Of a stretch of DNA of 64,000 bases, positions 17,180-24,725 are shown piece after piece. The notes below the pieces were generated by a model. That model saw only the letters and a program-made list of their open reading frames with translations. It had not been told where the DNA came from and made no database searches. Position 1 is the first letter of the stretch. Each line of letters starts with the position of its first letter. The DNA comes from Candidatus Micrarchaeota archaeon. Its GTDB lineage: Archaea > Micrarchaeota > Micrarchaeia > Micrarchaeales > CABMGC01. The stretch is from the NCBI GenBank assembly GCA_021818925.1, contig JAKASU010000001.1, positions 441,568 to 505,567 on the forward strand, in the 5' to 3' direction. The position numbers and the translations under genes are program-made.

Positions 17180-17312
17180 AGAAACTGCAAAACCCTATAT
17201 CGCTCGCTATTGAAGAATATATGAAAGCCATCTTACCTTAGGTGCGCTGACCTCCCGCCAGACAAACGGTGCGTAAGTGTTAAATATCTGCTTGCGGATA
17301 ATAGTATTAGCT

Positions 17313-17396
17313 CGCCGGGTGTGGGAATCAAACCCACCAAGGTTGTTGGCCAGTCGTTTTTCAGAAGACACCGCTTTCATAGCGGTTTAACCCGGC
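17313..17396 (-). tRNA. Aberrant 84-nt tRNA-like element (type II/Ser-like scaffold with GAA anticodon position); possible pseudogene
   Basis: Perfect 7-bp acceptor GCCGGGT/ACCCGGC with discriminator G. T arm GTGGG-TTTGATT-CCCAC. Anticodon arm GTCTT-CTGAAAA-ACGAC (one T-C mismatch). 15-nt variable region. No canonical D stem and no GG in the D loop. Confidence 0.35.
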
Positions 17397-17405
17397 TTTG
17401 AGCGG

Positions 17406-17570
17406 CTATCTGATTTTAATCAGTGTCAAGACCGATGCCTGGATGATCTGCGCGCTTCTCGCATACGCTGCAGATATCCACGAGACGTAGTTTACCTCGC
17501 TCATCAGCGCGAGCAGGTAGAACGAGATGAAGAGCACGGTCAGGACCAGCACAAGGCCGTAGAACGACAT
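17406..17570 (-). CDS. Small hydrophobic protein (54 aa), last gene of the pilin-like operon
   Basis: MSFYGLVLVLTVLFISFYLLALM... The ATG at 17570 lies 4 nt after the stop of the upstream gene. The track ORF starts further upstream, inside that gene. Confidence 0.4.
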   Translation of the reverse strand: MSFYGLVLVLTVLFISFYLLALMSEVNYVSWISAAYARSAQIIQASVLTLIKIR

Positions 17571-17574
17571 GATA

Positions 17575-17946
17575 TCACGCGAACGAGACGCACACCTCGG
17601 CCGTGGAGTTTGTGCCCGCAAGGGGCACGCTCGAGCATGCCGCGCCGCCCTGGCCCACCTCTATGCTTATGCTGCCGATTCCGAATATGACGCTGAGGTT
17701 CTGCTCGATACCCGCCATGCACCCTGACTGCCCGCCGTCATAGAGCTGCAATACGCAGGTGTTGTACGTTGAGTTGCGCTCGAGCGCGTTGAAGATGTCG
17801 TAGGCCGCAATGCTCCTCTGGAGCGACGTTGACTGCGAGGCGAGGTTGGCTGTAGACGAGTTTACAAGCGAAGAGGCGAAGCCAACTGCAGATACCACCA
17901 GCGCGAGCGCTATTCCTGCCTCGACCGTTGCGAACTGCGCCTTCAT
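17575..17946 (-). CDS. Type IV pilin-like protein (class III signal peptide)
   Basis: N-terminus MKAQFATVEAGIALALVVSAVGFA. Located 1 nt from the upstream gene. Confidence 0.7.
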   Translation of the reverse strand: MKAQFATVEAGIALALVVSAVGFASSLVNSSTANLASQSTSLQRSIAAYDIFNALERNSTYNTCVLQLYDGGQSGCMAGIEQNLSVIFGIGSISIEVGQGGAACSSVPLAGTNSTAEVCVSFA

Positions 17947-17947
17947 G

Positions 17948-18922
17948 CTAGCTCCTCACGTTTATCACGCTGCCCAGGTAGTAGAAGGTCTGGTTCTGCA
18001 CTCCGGCACCGGGAGAGAGCGTCACGTTTATGAGGTACAGGAAGGGCGAGGCGGCGGCGCACGTGTAGCTGTTGCCCACCACGGCGCACTGCGGGACCTG
18101 GGCGCTGCCGCTCACGAGATGCAGCTGGGCGCTTGAGAACGCGCCTATCGACTGCTCTATGATCTCCTGCGTGGATGAATCGACGCCTGTGTTGTTGTAG
18201 AAAGCGAGCATAGGATAGAGCACGCTCTTCTGCTGCGAATATGCGGAAAGGTACGTCTGGTTCGCAACGCTGTAGTTGGCAAGGTACTGCAACAACGAGA
18301 TGCTGGGCTCCGCGTCTGTGCTGCTCACGCTTGAAACGCTGGCGCTGCCCACCTCATTGCCGCTGAGCACCACCGGCGAGCTGCCGCGCACGCTGCTTAT
18401 CTGGGACATCATCCGCCCGGCAGGAGAGCCTATCACAAGCGTGAAGTTGTATGAGTATGAGCGCGAGCCGTTGAGCCGGTCCACCGCGTAGCCCGTGTCA
18501 TGGGGAATTATGCAGTACGCGCCTGTGCTCGCGCAGTCGTAGCCTGCTATGTAGTCCCATGCGTTGCTCGTGCCGCACTGCCCCTGGACGCCGAACCTGT
18601 TGCCGTAGAACCCGTGGTAGGTGCAGTGGCTGAACTGCGTCAGGTTCGTCACATACTCTGGCGGGCTGAGGCCGTAGCCGACGGACTCGCTGGCGTTAGT
18701 TATGTAAGCGTAAGAAGCCGCGTACGCTGTTGTCGTGGCGGGTGAGTAGTTGAATAGGAAGAAGGGCTCGGGATACGAGAGGTTTGCTGGCATCCTTGCG
18801 GCTGATGCGAGCGCCGATGCCTGCGAGAAGAGGTTCCTGGAGTAGAAGCCGACCAGGAAGAGGGCCATTGCCGCGACCGCGCTCCCTATCAGCATGAACT
18901 CGAGGCTAGCCTGCGCTCTCAT
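17948..18922 (-). CDS. Large type IV pilin-like / pilus-associated glycoprotein
   Basis: N-terminus MRAQASLEFMLIGSAVAAMALFLVGF. 11 N-x-S/T sequons and several Cys pairs. Confidence 0.75.
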   Translation of the reverse strand: MRAQASLEFMLIGSAVAAMALFLVGFYSRNLFSQASALASAARMPANLSYPEPFFLFNYSPATTTAYAASYAYITNASESVGYGLSPPEYVTNLTQFSHCTYHGFYGNRFGVQGQCGTSNAWDYIAGYDCASTGAYCIIPHDTGYAVDRLNGSRSYSYNFTLVIGSPAGRMMSQISSVRGSSPVVLSGNEVGSASVSSVSSTDAEPSISLLQYLANYSVANQTYLSAYSQQKSVLYPMLAFYNNTGVDSSTQEIIEQSIGAFSSAQLHLVSGSAQVPQCAVVGNSYTCAAASPFLYLINVTLSPGAGVQNQTFYYLGSVINVRS

Positions 18923-19271
18923 TCCTCACCACCATCAGGTAAGCCACACCGGAGACGGTCACAAGCCTGCACGCCGTTCCGGCGGCGGAGCACTCCGGCG
19001 CTTCGCCTGGATCAGAAAGCTGCGCGGAGAGCCCGTACCTCGCGGAGACGGTCCCTGCGGCAAGCAGCGCAGACGAGTAGTTAGCGGAGGCATCTACGGC
19101 TCCAGCGATCTGCTGCGAAGCTGAAAGCATGCGGAGGCGTGACGCCTCGGAGACGCCCAGCTCCAGGAGGTAGCCCTGCGTGCCCCTTATGCTTGACAGG
19201 AGCAGCAGCACCGCTACGCTGAGTATCGGTAGCGCAACGACCATGTCCAGCGATATCATGACAAGCCTCAT
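18906..19271 (-). CDS. Pilin-like membrane-anchored protein
   Basis: N-terminus MRLVMISLDMVVALPILSVAVLLLL. Overlaps the downstream gene by 17 nt. Confidence 0.55.
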   Translation of the reverse strand: MRLVMISLDMVVALPILSVAVLLLLSSIRGTQGYLLELGVSEASRLRMLSASQQIAGAVDASANYSSALLAAGTVSARYGLSAQLSDPGEAPECSAAGTACRLVTVSGVAYLMVVRNESAG

Positions 19272-19275
19272 CTAA

Positions 19276-19425
19276 TCACGCCAGCGAGTTCGCAATTGCT
19301 GAGAGCGCGCCCCTCGTGCCATCTATCAGCTGCGCCGCGCCCGACAGGTAGCCGGCCAGCGCAACGGCCACGAGGAGGGAGACCGCCATGCCGATGAGTA
19401 TCTCCAGAGAGAGCTGCGCTTCCAT
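19276..19425 (-). CDS. Short type IV pilin-like protein (49 aa), not in the ORF track
   Basis: Hand translation: MEAQLSLEILIGMAVSLLVAVALAGYLSGAAQLIDGTRGALSAIANSLA*. First gene of the operon. Its stop lies 4 nt before the next ATG. Confidence 0.6.
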   Translation of the reverse strand: MEAQLSLEILIGMAVSLLVAVALAGYLSGAAQLIDGTRGALSAIANSLA

Positions 19426-19661
19426 GAAAAGACCGTTGTGAGAGGCGGCTTTCGCCGCCCCTGCTTCTAGGTGATGCCGGTCGTGCCGGCGATTATTATT
19501 ACGCGGTAAAGGATTATATACTTTACTACAAGATTAACCTATTGGATATATAAACTTGTATCTGCATATATGAATCAGGTAAGAGCGAAGGTCAAAGCGC
19601 TATAAACAAATGACATGGCGAAAGCCATCGGCAGAAGCCGCTCCTGCTTCTGGGTGATAAG

Positions 19662-19979
19662 ATGAGAGTGAGTGAAAAGCATGGACAGGGAAAGACGGAC
19701 AATGTGCGGAAATGCTGCGCCGGTAGCCTCGGCGAGATCGTGCACACGATCGTCGAGCTTTCGGGCATGTGCGCCGAGAGCGCGCGCGCTGGTGGAGACG
19801 CGTGGTACGAGGTGAGCGTGTACGTGCACAAGGGCGGGCTGACTTACCAGGTGCAGCGGCACGGTTCTGTCGTAGGCGGGGAGACCCGCCTCCTGCCCTG
19901 CGGGTGCGGGCTTGCTGATAAAGCAAGTATGTTAGCAGACTTTATTAGCAAAGCCAGCCTAACGCCAATGTTTATATAG
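19662..19979 (+). CDS. Hypothetical Cys-containing protein (105 aa)
   Basis: Codon periodicity is clear (G-rich first positions, G/C third positions). GGGTGAT (SD-like) sits 4 nt upstream of the ATG. The competing minus-strand ORFs are Arg-rich and judged spurious. Confidence 0.45.
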   Translation: MRVSEKHGQGKTDNVRKCCAGSLGEIVHTIVELSGMCAESARAGGDAWYEVSVYVHKGGLTYQVQRHGSVVGGETRLLPCGCGLADKASMLADFISKASLTPMFI

Positions 19980-20015
19980 GGTCCATCTTCATACGAATTT
20001 GAATTTGGGGAGAAG

Positions 20016-20831
20016 GTGCAGGCGCAGGCATCCAACGTTTTCGGGGAAAAGGAGCCGGAACTGGCTAGCATACTCTCGCTCAGGACGCACCTGCGTTCTC
20101 AGCTCAAGGAGATAGGCGCAAAGGACAGCAGGCGCTCGGGCTACAAGACAGCGGTGGAGAGGTTCGCACTTAGCGCGATGGTTATGGCTGAGTTCTACGA
20201 GGAGAGGGGCGGACCGGCTGTCAGGGACGCCATCGAAGCGTCCATATTCACGCGGTCCTTCCGCCCGACTAAGCTGGCGATACTCAGGGAGGTACGCGAG
20301 GAGATACGCTCAGGAGGGCTTCATCCCGGCATGGCGACGATAATTAGGAACGTTACATTCGGCGACACTGTGTTTAGGCTCGACGAGCTCGCCGACAGGA
20401 TAGTCGAGGCGAGCCTGTACAGGCAGGCGCTCATGGAGAAGAGAGCAATAGAGAAGGGGAGGACAGTCAGGGACCTGCGGTACGTGAACCCGATATTCGA
20501 CGAGATCTCGCGAATTCTTAAGGAGCACGCCAGTGAGAGGGAGAAATCGCCTCAGTATTGGGGCATGCGCGGCTGGATAATGCACGCCATTACCTTCCAG
20601 GCGCTTGACACCCTGGAAAGCAAATCGAGAAGGGACTACACGCGGATGGGGCTGGAGTTCATGGGCCCGGACCCGGAGCTACGGATGGGGCACATGATAA
20701 ACTACAGCGCGCGCAGCCTGGAGACAGCGGGACTGATAGCCATAATTGACCAGGCGATGCTGGAGAGGAAAGGGATGAAGATGCATGATGAACGCCTTTT
20801 AGTTCCGCTGCTGAGAAAAACGTATCACTAA
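20016..20831 (+). CDS. Hypothetical protein
   Basis: 271-aa ORF with a GTG start preceded by GGGGAGAAG. No motif recognised. Confidence 0.5.
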   Translation: MQAQASNVFGEKEPELASILSLRTHLRSQLKEIGAKDSRRSGYKTAVERFALSAMVMAEFYEERGGPAVRDAIEASIFTRSFRPTKLAILREVREEIRSGGLHPGMATIIRNVTFGDTVFRLDELADRIVEASLYRQALMEKRAIEKGRTVRDLRYVNPIFDEISRILKEHASEREKSPQYWGMRGWIMHAITFQALDTLESKSRRDYTRMGLEFMGPDPELRMGHMINYSARSLETAGLIAIIDQAMLERKGMKMHDERLLVPLLRKTYH

Positions 20832-20885
20832 GCAATCGTTAAATACCTGGAAAATACATCACTCTTGTACCAATCAGGGAAGATA

Positions 20886-22274
20886 ATGCCCGACGGAACG
20901 GATCTTAGGAAGCTGATAAGGGAAGATATGCAGCACTGCCCCACGTGCGGGAGGCGAGACGGCATAATATACGATGAGAACGGCCAGGCGTTCTGCAGGC
21001 GCGATGGCACGATAATACCAGGCATGGAGAACTACTTCAGGGGAATGCAGAAGACCAGAAACAGCGACACCGGGGAGCTTGAGACCGGCACGGGCTCGTC
21101 CGAATCAGTGGCTATGCACGACATGGGCTTGGCGACGGTGATCGGCAAGAACAACGTGGACGCGCACGGCGGGCACATAAGGGGCCAGATGAGGTCAACG
21201 CTGGATAGACTGCGCACCTGGGACCGCAGGAGCCAGGTCAACAAGTCGGTTGACAGGAACCTTGGGCAGGCGCTGAGCGAGATGGACAGGCTCGCGGGCA
21301 AACTCAACCTTCCGCAGAGCGTGCAGGAGAAGGGCGCCTATATATACAGGAAGGCGCTTGAGAAGGGGCTGATAAGGGGCAGGTCTATAACTTACATGGC
21401 TGCCGCTTCGCTCTATGCGGCGTGCAGGGAGACCGAGACTCCGCGAACGCTCAAGGACATATCCGCAGTCATGGGGGGAACGTACAAGACGAAGAATGAG
21501 ATTGCGAGATCGTATAGGACAATGTTCAGAGAGGGCATCTTCGAAAAGGCGCACGGGGAAGCGCTGGCGCAGGAGGAAGATAAGGAACAGAGCAGGAGCA
21601 CGGTACCGGTACCGGTGCCTGCCAACTACGTTTCCAGGGTCGCTAGCGAGGCGCGCCTGACTGAGAAGACAAAGAGAAGAGCGCTGGAGATGCTTGAGAT
21701 GCCACAGGTGAAGGAGATAATGGCGGGCAAGGAGCCCATGGGGTTCGCTGCAGCCGCGCTCTATCTGGCCTGCACGCTTGAGGGCGAGAACAAGACGCAA
21801 AAGGAGGTGGCAGACGCCGCCAGAGTTACCGAGGTGACGATAAGGAACAGGTACAAGGGCCTGCAGAGCGCGTTGTACGGGAAGCCTGAGCCCGAGTCGA
21901 AGGACGCGTTCCCGGAAAGGCGCGATCCGGTCCCGAAGCTCGAGCATCCGAAGATACAGGACCTGCCCCCGAACACCAGGTTCATGCACCAGGAGATGCT
22001 AAACAGGCTCATCGCTACGGCTAGAACGAGCGGCGCGCCACCCGAAGTACTCAGCAAGACCGTTGAGATCTACGATACGACCATATCTGAGGGCATAAAC
22101 ACGTACCCGAACATTAATTTCGCTGTCGCGTGCCTCGTATCAGCTTACAGGGTGAGCGGGGTAAGCAAGAGCGGCGCTAACTTCAATAGCAAGGACGTGT
22201 CGCCGATAATGGTAAACAGGAACGCCCGCATGATAGAGGAAAGGTTGAATTTGAACATCAAATTGCAGGACTAG
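20886..22274 (+). CDS. tfb: Transcription initiation factor TFB (TFIIB homologue) with C-terminal extension
   Basis: Zn ribbon CPTCG...CRRDG and B-linker HDMGLATVIG. Cyclin repeat 1 LIRGRSITYMAAASLYAACR and repeat 2 PMGFAAAALYLACT...VTEVTIRNRYK, followed by about 130 extra residues. Confidence 0.85.
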   Translation: MPDGTDLRKLIREDMQHCPTCGRRDGIIYDENGQAFCRRDGTIIPGMENYFRGMQKTRNSDTGELETGTGSSESVAMHDMGLATVIGKNNVDAHGGHIRGQMRSTLDRLRTWDRRSQVNKSVDRNLGQALSEMDRLAGKLNLPQSVQEKGAYIYRKALEKGLIRGRSITYMAAASLYAACRETETPRTLKDISAVMGGTYKTKNEIARSYRTMFREGIFEKAHGEALAQEEDKEQSRSTVPVPVPANYVSRVASEARLTEKTKRRALEMLEMPQVKEIMAGKEPMGFAAAALYLACTLEGENKTQKEVADAARVTEVTIRNRYKGLQSALYGKPEPESKDAFPERRDPVPKLEHPKIQDLPPNTRFMHQEMLNRLIATARTSGAPPEVLSKTVEIYDTTISEGINTYPNINFAVACLVSAYRVSGVSKSGANFNSKDVSPIMVNRNARMIEERLNLNIKLQD

Positions 22275-22287
22275 CCCGACAAAAACC

Positions 22288-23244
22288 CTAGTTCTTATTC
22301 AGTACCTTCTCGAGGGCCGCGAAGTTCTTCTGCGGAGGTCTTGGGTTCCTGAGCGTGAATCTTATCCTGTCCATCAGCTCGTCGCGCTCAGTTTTTACGG
22401 GCACCGTTTCCGCGGCCCCTTCGACGTACTTCAGGCTGAGGGCGTCGAGCTTGACGTTCTGCTCTTTGAAGAACTTGGCTATGACATCCCGCAGGCCGGG
22501 CTTGGAATACGTGCTGATCAGCGCCGCTGCGAATATGTCAGAAAGGAGCTCCTTCTGAGAGTCCTGGTCTCTGGTCCTGTTGCTGATCATGTCCATGAAT
22601 TTCAAAGTGTATTCGTCGAAGTTGTCCCCCTCTTTCAGGTTTTTGACCGCGCGCGATATCTCATAGTTTATATCCATGCCTTTTAGCGTTCTGTCGTTCT
22701 CCACCGTGCACATCCTTTGATGGTTCGCAGAGAGGACGGTGTGTATATAGGGGGCAGCGAAGCGATACCAGCCTTTGCCCTCGTTGTTCTCGTCGTGAAG
22801 CACAATAAGAGCCGACACCTTCAGCAGCGCGCGGGCGGCAAGCGGACCCTCAACCGCGTTCACCAGCTCCTGCACCGGGTCTTCTTCGGATTGCTCGCCC
22901 TTCAGGAGGGAAAGCACATGGCCGGGGCTGAGGCTGCCTACCACATCGATCAGGTCGTTGGTCAGTGTCGAGGAGATGCTGTATGCCAGAAGGTACGAAG
23001 CGAAGCGGTGCGGAACGTTCCTGCTCTTCTCCATAAGGCCCTTGAATATGCTAGAGTTCACGTGCACCTCGCAGGCATCGATATCGACAAGTGTTGCAAA
23101 GGGCTTACCCCCGACGACCACGCTCGGCTCGAACCTTATCTTGAAGTTCTGAGCGCGCTCTCCGGTAAGCTTTTCGGAGTACATCATGGCCCTTCGTGCG
23201 GAACTGAACAGTTCTGCTTTCTCTCCACGTTCCAACGCCTGCAT
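22288..23244 (-). CDS. Hypothetical protein
   Basis: 318-aa ORF with AATAAAAATAG about 25 nt upstream of the ATG on its strand. No motif recognised. Confidence 0.55.
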   Translation of the reverse strand: MQALERGEKAELFSSARRAMMYSEKLTGERAQNFKIRFEPSVVVGGKPFATLVDIDACEVHVNSSIFKGLMEKSRNVPHRFASYLLAYSISSTLTNDLIDVVGSLSPGHVLSLLKGEQSEEDPVQELVNAVEGPLAARALLKVSALIVLHDENNEGKGWYRFAAPYIHTVLSANHQRMCTVENDRTLKGMDINYEISRAVKNLKEGDNFDEYTLKFMDMISNRTRDQDSQKELLSDIFAAALISTYSKPGLRDVIAKFFKEQNVKLDALSLKYVEGAAETVPVKTERDELMDRIRFTLRNPRPPQKNFAALEKVLNKN

Positions 23245-23312
23245 GCCTGCCTCTTCTCTCTCCCTATTTTTATTACTTGCCTACGACTACGTTTATAGCA
23301 AAAGGTCACCGC

Positions 23313-24143
23313 ATGCCTCGTATAGGTTACCACATCTCCATCGCCGGCACGATGGACACGGCCCTGGACAGGGCCAGGGAGATAGGCTGCACGTGCATGC
23401 AGATCTTCCCGAGCAATCCGCGCGGATGGGCGGTCAAAGAGCTTGAGAAGACTGAGATTGAGGCGTTCAGGCGTAAGCAGAAGGCGTATGATGTAAGCCC
23501 GGTCTTCGTGCACATGCCATACCTTCCCAACCTCGCGTCGCCCAAGCCAGAGGTCTATGAGAAGTCGAAGACGGCGATGATAGAGGCGCTGCGCAGGTGC
23601 AACATGCTTGGCGCAAGGTACCTGATAGTCCATCTTGGAAGCCACCTTGGCACGGGAGCCGAGGCGGGAAGGGAGAGGGTCGCCGCCGCTGTAAACGAGA
23701 TGGAGAGGCACGCCGGCGAAGTGACCATACTGATGGAGAACGAGGCCGGGCAGCGCAACAGCGTGGGCAGCCGGCTTGACGAGCTTGTCGAGATATACGA
23801 CCGCGTGGACCATGACAGGATAGGCTTCTGCCTCGACACGTGCCACGTCTTTGCGGCGGGCTACGACATAGGAAAGAGGGAGGTCGCGCGCGAGGTCATC
23901 GAGACGCTGGACGTTGACAGGATAGGCTGCATCCACCTGAACGACGCGAAGCATCCTCTCGGATCGGGGCTGGACAGGCACGCTGACATAGGCTTCGGCC
24001 ACATAGGCAGGAGCGGCTTCGAGAACTTCTTCAGCGTGGACGGCGTAAGGGGGAAGCCGATGATAATGGAGACGCCGCTTGTCGAGACTCCCAGGGACGC
24101 TAAGGGCGAGCTAGGACTTGTAAGGAAGCTGCTTGAGGCTTAG
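23313..24143 (+). CDS. nfo: Endonuclease IV (AP endonuclease)
   Basis: IGYHISIAG, VHMPYLPNLASP, LIVHLGSH, MENEAG, CLDTCHVFAAGYD and IHLNDAK. ATG 23313 lies downstream of GTTTATAGC. Confidence 0.9.
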   Translation: MPRIGYHISIAGTMDTALDRAREIGCTCMQIFPSNPRGWAVKELEKTEIEAFRRKQKAYDVSPVFVHMPYLPNLASPKPEVYEKSKTAMIEALRRCNMLGARYLIVHLGSHLGTGAEAGRERVAAAVNEMERHAGEVTILMENEAGQRNSVGSRLDELVEIYDRVDHDRIGFCLDTCHVFAAGYDIGKREVAREVIETLDVDRIGCIHLNDAKHPLGSGLDRHADIGFGHIGRSGFENFFSVDGVRGKPMIMETPLVETPRDAKGELGLVRKLLEA

Positions 24144-24725
24144 GTCCTGCCTTGCGAACGTGAAGACGGTCTGGTGGATGAGAAACCTCAGTTCTTCCTT
24201 GTTCTGCTTCTCGCCTATCTTGACGTAGCCGCGCATGAGCTCCGCAAACCCGGATATCACGTGTCGCTCCGCCGCAACCGACGGCTTGGCCTTGCCCTCG
24301 AGCAGCTCCCACGCGAGCTCCGTCTCCTTCAGCAGCAGTCCCGAGTACAGTATGACCGAAATCCTGGTCCCTTCCAGCTGAACGCCGATATCGTACGCGC
24401 TGTTGAAGAGCGTGGCGGTGAAGAGCACGTCGAAGCTGCTATCCTCGTCCTGCTCTGCGTCGAAGTCCGCCCGCAGCTCTATGCGGTCCGGCCTCAGAAG
24501 CGCCTCGATGTGAGGACTGACGAACAGGGCCTGCCTCCTTCCATAGTCGCGAAGGTCAGAGACCGTTTCGGCGGAATAAGGAACGGCATAGCCTGCGGCC
24601 CCGCGAGCCATGTCCATCCATTCCACCACCTTCGGGGAGAGCAGATAGTGCTCCTTGCGCATCTCGTCATCAAGCCTGAGTACGTTGGTGCGCCGCCGCT
24701 TCATTCCACCATCAAACGTGTCCAC
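24111..24725 (-). CDS. Hypothetical protein (ORFan C of a three-gene set)
   Basis: 204-aa ORF. Its start overlaps the upstream gene's end by 14 nt. Confidence 0.55.
   Translation of the reverse strand: MDTFDGGMKRRRTNVLRLDDEMRKEHYLLSPKVVEWMDMARGAAGYAVPYSAETVSDLRDYGRRQALFVSPHIEALLRPDRIELRADFDAEQDEDSSFDVLFTATLFNSAYDIGVQLEGTRISVILYSGLLLKETELAWELLEGKAKPSVAAERHVISGFAELMRGYVKIGEKQNKEELRFLIHQTVFTFARQDLSLKQLPYKS

Noticed and set aside
19863-19873. The minus strand reads ACGACAGAACC, matching the RNase P RNA CR-V core (ACAGAAC). This raised the possibility that 19580-19950 is an RNase P or SRP RNA gene.
   Set aside because: No GGAAAGTCC-type CR-I or other conserved regions were found in the right order. 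The motif would sit near the 5' end of a minus-strand RNA, which is the wrong place. The plus strand shows clean three-base coding periodicity with an SD-preceded ATG. The region was kept as a hypothetical CDS instead.
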